Assembly: GCA_023554435.1 (NCBI GenBank)
Contig: JAMJQV010000054.1
Coordinates: 1-32,945, forward strand
DNA: 32,945 bases
Direction: 5' to 3'
Source of the DNA: Gemmatimonadota bacterium
GTDB taxonomy: Bacteria > Gemmatimonadota > Gemmatimonadetes > Palauibacterales > Palauibacteraceae
Shown here: positions 28,634-32,945 of the stretch, piece after piece
Position numbering within the stretch: the first letter of the stretch is position 1
How the letters are laid out: every line of letters starts with the position of its first letter
Notes under the pieces: model-generated
Told to the model about the DNA's origin: nothing
What the model saw: the letters and a program-made list of their open reading frames with translations, nothing else
Databases searched by the model: none
Program-made: the position numbers and the translations under genes

Positions 28634-30730
28634 TCAGCGGTGCTCTTCTTCCTTCCGGGCTTCCGCCTCGGCGATGATCTTCTGGGTCACATCGGCCGGG
28701 GCCGGTTCGTACCCGGAGAGATCGCGCGCATGTGCGCCCTTGCCCTGCGTCAGTGAACGCAGCGCCGTCGAATAGCGGTACATCTCCGCCTGCGGCACCT
28801 TCGCCTTGACGACCTGCCAGTGCCCGTCGGCCTCCATGCCCATGATGCGGCCCCGACGCTGGTTGAGATCGCCGATGACCTCGCCCATGAACTCCTCGGG
28901 CGTCCGGACTTCGACCTCCAGGATCGGCTCGAGGATGATCGGACGCGCGTCGCGGGCCACCTTCTGGAACGCCATCGATCCGGCGACCTTGAAAGCCTGC
29001 TCCGAGCTGTCCACCGCGTGGTACGACCCGTCGTAGCACTCCACGGCGACGTCCACCACCGGGTAGCCGGCGAGAATCCCACGGCTGAGGGCCTCCTGGA
29101 CCCCCTTGCCCACGGCCGGCACGAACTTACTGGGGATCACGCCGCCCACGATCTTGCTGACGAACTCGAAGCCCTCTCCGCGAGTACGGGGCGCCAGCCG
29201 AAGCCAGCAGTCTCCGTACTGCCCACGGCCACCGGTCTGCTTCTTGTACCGGCCCTGGCCCTGGGCCTTCTTGGTGATCGTCTCGCGGTACGCGATGCGC
29301 GGGGCCTCCGTCTCGACGTTCACGCCGAATTTCCGCTTCAGGCGCTCCATCGCGACGTTCAGGTGCAACTCGCCGAGTCCGCGGGCGATCGTCTGGCCCA
29401 GCTCGGGGTCGAAGGCGGCGACGAACGTCGGGTCTTCCTCGTGCACCCGGTTCAGACCATTCGCCAGTTTGTCTTCCTCGCCGCGCGAGGCCGGGAAGAT
29501 GGCAATCGCGATGTCCGGCTTCGGCCAGTCGATCGGGGCCAGCCGGAAGTCCTTGCCCTGGGCGCACAGGGTGTCCCCCGTGTGCGTGTCCTTGAGCTTC
29601 GCGACCACGCCGATGTCCCCGGCGTGCAGAACCTCGACCTCCGAGCGGCTCGCGCCATCGGGCGTCGCCGGATGCGTAAGGCGCTCATCGATCGAGTGGC
29701 CCGGATTGGAGGCTGTCATCCCCCCACGTACGGAACCGGAGAACACCCGGAAGTAGGTCAACTCACCCACCCGTGGCTCCTGCGTCGTCTTGAACACCAT
29801 CGCGGTGAGCGGCTCCGAGTCCAGCGGCTTCAGTTCGGTCACCTCGCCCTTGGCGTTCGTGACCTCGACCGTGCCGGAGTCGGCCGGCGACGGCATGAGT
29901 TCAACCAGCTTGTTCATGATGGCGCGAACACCGTATCCGCTGTCACCCGAACCGCAGAAGATGGGGAACAGTTCGCCGCGCCACATGGCCGCCGACATGG
30001 CCGCCAGCACCTTCGCGCGATCGAGTTCCTCGCCTTCGAGATAGGCCTCGAGGAGCTCGTCGTCGGTGGCGGCAATGGTCTCGATCAATTGCTCCCGGTA
30101 CTGCTCGACCGTGTCCAGCAACTCACCGGGAATCTCGGTCTCTTCGTACTCGCCCTTGGAGGAGCCGCCCTTGTAGAGGTGCGCCTTGTTCGAGAACAGG
30201 TTCACGATGCCCCTGAAGCTGTCGCCGGTGCCGATCGGCACCTCGACAGGGATCGCCTCTGACGACAGCGTGTCCCGAATCTGGTTGAAGCACTTCTCGA
30301 AGCTGGCGTTCTCCCGGTCCATCATCGACACGAAGAACATCCGCGGCAGGGAACGCTTGCTGCATGCCGCCCAGACCCGCTCCGTGCCTACCTCCACGCC
30401 GTTGGTGGCACTCACGACCATCAGGCCACCGTCCACGACTCGAACCGCGGCCTCCACCTCACCAAAAAAGTCCAGGTACCCCGGGGTGTCGATCAGATTG
30501 ATCTTGGTGCCCATCCACTCGGCCCGCCCCATGGCCAGATTGATGGAAATGCCGTGATCTTGTTCTTCGGGAGTGAAGTCGGTGTGCGCGGTGCCATTCT
30601 CGACCGAACCACGCCGCGTGGTGGAACCAGCTATGAAGCACATGGCGTCCACGAGCGTCGTCTTGCCGCTGCCGCCATGACCGAGAACTGCGATATTTCT
30701 GATGTCGGAGGAACCGTACTCGGTACCCAT
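28634..30730 (-). CDS. Elongation factor G paralogue (EF-G2-like translational GTPase).
   Basis: 698 aa with the five-domain EF-G layout. P-loop is GHGGSGKT (30659-30682), G3 is DTPGY (Tyr codon 30476-30478), G4 position is SMMD (30317-30328). Domains IV and V are recognisable (HAVDSSEQAFK, EPILEVEV). It is not in an rpsL-rpsG-fusA-tuf context. Confidence 0.85.
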   Translation of the reverse strand: MGTEYGSSDIRNIAVLGHGGSGKTTLVDAMCFIAGSTTRRGSVENGTAHTDFTPEEQDHGISINLAMGRAEWMGTKINLIDTPGYLDFFGEVEAAVRVVDGGLMVVSATNGVEVGTERVWAACSKRSLPRMFFVSMMDRENASFEKCFNQIRDTLSSEAIPVEVPIGTGDSFRGIVNLFSNKAHLYKGGSSKGEYEETEIPGELLDTVEQYREQLIETIAATDDELLEAYLEGEELDRAKVLAAMSAAMWRGELFPIFCGSGDSGYGVRAIMNKLVELMPSPADSGTVEVTNAKGEVTELKPLDSEPLTAMVFKTTQEPRVGELTYFRVFSGSVRGGMTASNPGHSIDERLTHPATPDGASRSEVEVLHAGDIGVVAKLKDTHTGDTLCAQGKDFRLAPIDWPKPDIAIAIFPASRGEEDKLANGLNRVHEEDPTFVAAFDPELGQTIARGLGELHLNVAMERLKRKFGVNVETEAPRIAYRETITKKAQGQGRYKKQTGGRGQYGDCWLRLAPRTRGEGFEFVSKIVGGVIPSKFVPAVGKGVQEALSRGILAGYPVVDVAVECYDGSYHAVDSSEQAFKVAGSMAFQKVARDARPIILEPILEVEVRTPEEFMGEVIGDLNQRRGRIMGMEADGHWQVVKAKVPQAEMYRYSTALRSLTQGKGAHARDLSGYEPAPADVTQKIIAEAEARKEEEHR

Positions 30731-30736
30731 CGCACC

Positions 30737-30744
30737 TCACCTCC
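30737..30744 (-). promoter_or_regulatory. Shine-Dalgarno sequence for the EF-G paralogue.
   Basis: The minus strand reads GGAGGTGA, then 6 nt, then ATG (30730). Confidence 0.55.
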
Positions 30745-30796
30745 TGTCAGGGGTTACGTCCAACGACCTCCACCGTGCGGTGGGGGGCCACATAGT

Positions 30797-30831
30797 AGAA
30801 AAGACGCCGCCCTCTGGAAAGGGGCGACGTC
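30797..30831 (-). terminator. Rho-independent terminator after the rhomboid gene.
   Basis: The minus strand reads GACGTCGCCCC-TTTCCAG-AGGGCGGCGTC followed by TTTTCT. The stem is ~10 bp with one mismatch, plus a U-tract. It begins 5 nt after the rhomboid stop (30836). Confidence 0.65.
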
Positions 30832-30835
30832 GACC

Positions 30836-31792
30836 TCAATCCGAGCCGCGATAACGTCGGCTCATGTCGTCCAGATACGCCCGCTCTCTCTCCGTCAGCG
30901 ATTCGATTCCCGAGTCCCGAATCTTGTCCAGTATCCGGTCGACTTCGTCCAGGGCGTCCCCGTCCACCGGGCGGCTCTTCCGCCGCTCGTCCGTCCTCCG
31001 GGACCGATCCGCCGCGGACCGACCCTGCTCGACGCCCAGTTTCGTCCGGCGCGGGTTCATCCGACGCAGTCTGGCCTCGATCCGGTCGCCGTACCGCAGG
31101 TAGATCCAGGCGGTGGCTGCTCCGCCCAGGTGCGCCCACGTTGCCACCCCACCACCCATTTCGCCTCCGAGTGCCGATCGAGTGGCCAGCAGGTCGAGGA
31201 CGATGATCACCCCGACGAGATACTTCACCTTGACGGGAATGATGAACCACAGGAGCACCCGCGCATCCGGCCACTTCATGGCGAACGCCAGCATCACGCC
31301 CATCAGGGCGCCCGAGGCCCCGATGACCGATACCGGCCCGATCCACCGGTAGAGCAGCACCGACGTCAGGGCGGCTCCCACTCCGCACAACAGGTAGAAC
31401 TTCAGGAACTCCCGCCCTCCCCACGCCCGCTCGAGCGGCGGACCGAAGAAGAACAGGATCAGCATGTTGAAGAAGACGTGCCCGAACCCGTTCGCGTGCA
31501 CGAACATGTAGGTGATCACGGACCACGGGTGACCGAACAGGTCGGGTGTGGAGAAGCCGAGCGTGTCGACGGCCCAGCGGAACGGGATCACACCCAGCAC
31601 ACTGATCAGGACGAAGAGCCCGAAGTTCGCGACCAGGAGCCGCTTGACCCAGAGAGTCAGAGAGTAGCCGAACAGGCCGCCGCCGCCCGGAGGCCCACCG
31701 TAGCCGCCGTCGCGCCCACGCCAGCCCGTCGGACCCTGCCAGCCCCCCCCCGTCGGGCGCCGAGCCCCGTAGTTGCGGTCGGAGAGGCCCAT
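30836..31792 (-). CDS. Rhomboid-family intramembrane serine protease with a Gly-rich N-tail and a long cytoplasmic C-tail.
   Basis: Trimmed to the ATG at 31792 (a TGATG junction with the ddl stop), giving 318 aa. Motifs: HANGFGHVFFNML, catalytic GASGALMG, WAHLGGA (catalytic His). The C-terminal ~85 aa are non-membrane. Confidence 0.85.
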   Translation of the reverse strand: MGLSDRNYGARRPTGGGWQGPTGWRGRDGGYGGPPGGGGLFGYSLTLWVKRLLVANFGLFVLISVLGVIPFRWAVDTLGFSTPDLFGHPWSVITYMFVHANGFGHVFFNMLILFFFGPPLERAWGGREFLKFYLLCGVGAALTSVLLYRWIGPVSVIGASGALMGVMLAFAMKWPDARVLLWFIIPVKVKYLVGVIIVLDLLATRSALGGEMGGGVATWAHLGGAATAWIYLRYGDRIEARLRRMNPRRTKLGVEQGRSAADRSRRTDERRKSRPVDGDALDEVDRILDKIRDSGIESLTERERAYLDDMSRRYRGSD

Positions 31793-32826
31793 CAGCCGCG
31801 GTCCACTCCACCCGCTTGCCGCATGGCCGAGCGCGCGATCCTCTCGCACAGTTCGGGAAAACCGATTCCCGCGGCGGCCGCGGCCTTGGGCACCAGGCTC
31901 GTGGACGTGAGTCCGGGCAGGCTGTTGGCCTCGAGGCACGAGAACGACCCGTCCTCCGCCATCCGGAAGTCCACCCGACTGTAGGAATCCTGTCGGAGGG
32001 CCTCATAGGCCAGAACCGCCAGATCCTGCAGCCGCGCGGTCTGGGTGTCGGACAGATTGGCCGGCGCCTCGTACCGCGACAGGCCCTCGGAGTACTTGCA
32101 CTCGTAATCGTAGATCTCGTGACTCGGGATGATCTCGACGGGTGGCAGGGGCTCGCCGTCGAGCACGGCCACGGTGAGTTCGCGCCCGGCGACGAACTCC
32201 TCGCACAGGATGTCGTCGTCGTAGCGGGCCGCCAGTTCCATCGCCGGCTTCACCTCGGCTTCCGTACGCACGACACTGAGGCCGACCGTCGACCCCCCGG
32301 ACGCCGGCTTCACGACGAGCGGCAGGCCAAGCGCCTCGACGATCTCGCGGGGCCCTGCCGAGGCTTGCGTCCACTTCGGCGTCGGCACCCCGGCGTAGTC
32401 GAACAGCTCCTTGGAAATCCGCTTGTCGAAGGCCGCGGCGCTTCCCAGGCACCCGCTGCCCGTGTAGGCGATCCCGGCCAGGTCGAGAAGCCCCTGGACG
32501 GTGCCGTCCTCCCCGAACTCTCCGTGCAGCGCAAGGAACACGACATCGGCTCGCCGCACCGCGGGCAGGTCCGCCAGGGCCGCACCGACCGCAGAACTTC
32601 CGAGCCTCGCCAGGTCCTCGATACCGGGAGGATCCGCGCCTACGGCTCCGCCCAGCATCCTCGCTTCTTCCTCGGGCGGTACCGCCCCGTGCGCGGGATC
32701 CACCGCCACTACCTCGTGGCCCCGCTCGCGAAGCGCCGCCACCACGGCCCGGCCGGTGGCGAGCGACACGTTGCGCTCCTCGTTGGTCCCCCCCAGGACG
32801 ACGGCCACCTTCATCGTTGCACTCAT
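31792..32826 (-). CDS. ddl: D-alanine--D-alanine ligase.
   Basis: 344 aa. Motifs: [49 protein letters not shown], and the ATP-grasp C-terminus [14 protein letters not shown]. Confidence 0.93.
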   Translation of the reverse strand: MSATMKVAVVLGGTNEERNVSLATGRAVVAALRERGHEVVAVDPAHGAVPPEEEARMLGGAVGADPPGIEDLARLGSSAVGAALADLPAVRRADVVFLALHGEFGEDGTVQGLLDLAGIAYTGSGCLGSAAAFDKRISKELFDYAGVPTPKWTQASAGPREIVEALGLPLVVKPASGGSTVGLSVVRTEAEVKPAMELAARYDDDILCEEFVAGRELTVAVLDGEPLPPVEIIPSHEIYDYECKYSEGLSRYEAPANLSDTQTARLQDLAVLAYEALRQDSYSRVDFRMAEDGSFSCLEANSLPGLTSTSLVPKAAAAAGIGFPELCERIARSAMRQAGGVDRG

Positions 32827-32945
32827 CCTCCCGTCCCGGGTGCCGGAGCCCGATCCACCAGGTCACCCATCCCGTTCTCCTCGAGCCACTCGTCGTTGAA
32901 CACCTTGGACAGATAGCGTTCGCCCGTGTCGCACAGGATGGCCAC
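32823..32945 (-). CDS. C-terminal end of a PLP-dependent cysteine synthase / cystathionine beta-synthase family enzyme. The start lies beyond the window.
   Basis: My reverse-complement translation gives [48 protein letters not shown] is the conserved CysK/CBS C-terminal motif. The stop overlaps the ddl ATG (ATGA, 32823-32826). There is no room for a Bateman (CBS-pair) domain after it. Confidence 0.55.
   Translation of the reverse strand: MAILCDTGERYLSKVFNDEWLEENGMGDLVDRAPAPGTGG

Noticed and set aside
28634-30730. Considered whether the EF-G-like gene is a Tet(M)/Tet(O)-type ribosomal protection protein.
   Set aside because: - Those proteins are ~640 aa and retain AHVDAGKT, DTPGH and NKxD motifs.
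- This protein is 698 aa with EF-G-type domains IV and V and an EF-G2-like P-loop.

Overview
The window is GC-rich (about two-thirds G+C by eye) and very tightly packed. Every gene I can support, about 31 CDS, lies on the minus strand, and many neighbours share 1-25 nt start/stop overlaps. I found no tRNA or rRNA genes, CRISPR arrays, transposases, integrases, or repeat families. All product calls come from motifs I recognise in the supplied translations; no homology search was run.

Gene order in the direction of transcription (high to low coordinates):
- Tail of a cysteine synthase/CBS-family enzyme, then ddl, then a rhomboid protease, followed by a clear intrinsic terminator.
- A divergent EF-G paralogue, then yebC, ruvC, ruvA, ruvB, queA, tgt and yajC.
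- def and fmt, then thiE/tenI-like, thiS and thiG, then rsmB.
- A kinase-less protein with three PASTA domains, a YbbR-repeat protein, then tsaD and lgt.
- A TamA-like Omp85, TamB, htpX, a DAGK-family lipid kinase, lysA and uvrA.
- After an intergenic gap: a small TM/coiled-coil protein, a YbjN-like protein and pspA, followed by hairpins.
- The 5' part of an AI-2E family transporter gene, which runs out of the window.

Lgt, Omp85 and TamB indicate a diderm. The lineage cannot be named from the sequence alone.

This is mostly core housekeeping DNA. I do not see a mobile element, defence island or biosynthetic cluster. The items most worth a second look are:
1. A membrane protein with three PASTA domains and no kinase or PBP domain. 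It sits where Firmicutes encode PrkC downstream of def-fmt-rsmB, and it is followed by an orphan YbbR protein.
2. A PspA module with unusual partners.
3. A monocistronic-looking EF-G paralogue with non-canonical G3 and G4 motifs, directly upstream of yebC.
4. thiE-thiS-thiG wedged into the def-fmt-rsmB cluster, with no room for a TPP riboswitch.

All long plus-strand ORFs in the track look like antisense shadow ORFs.
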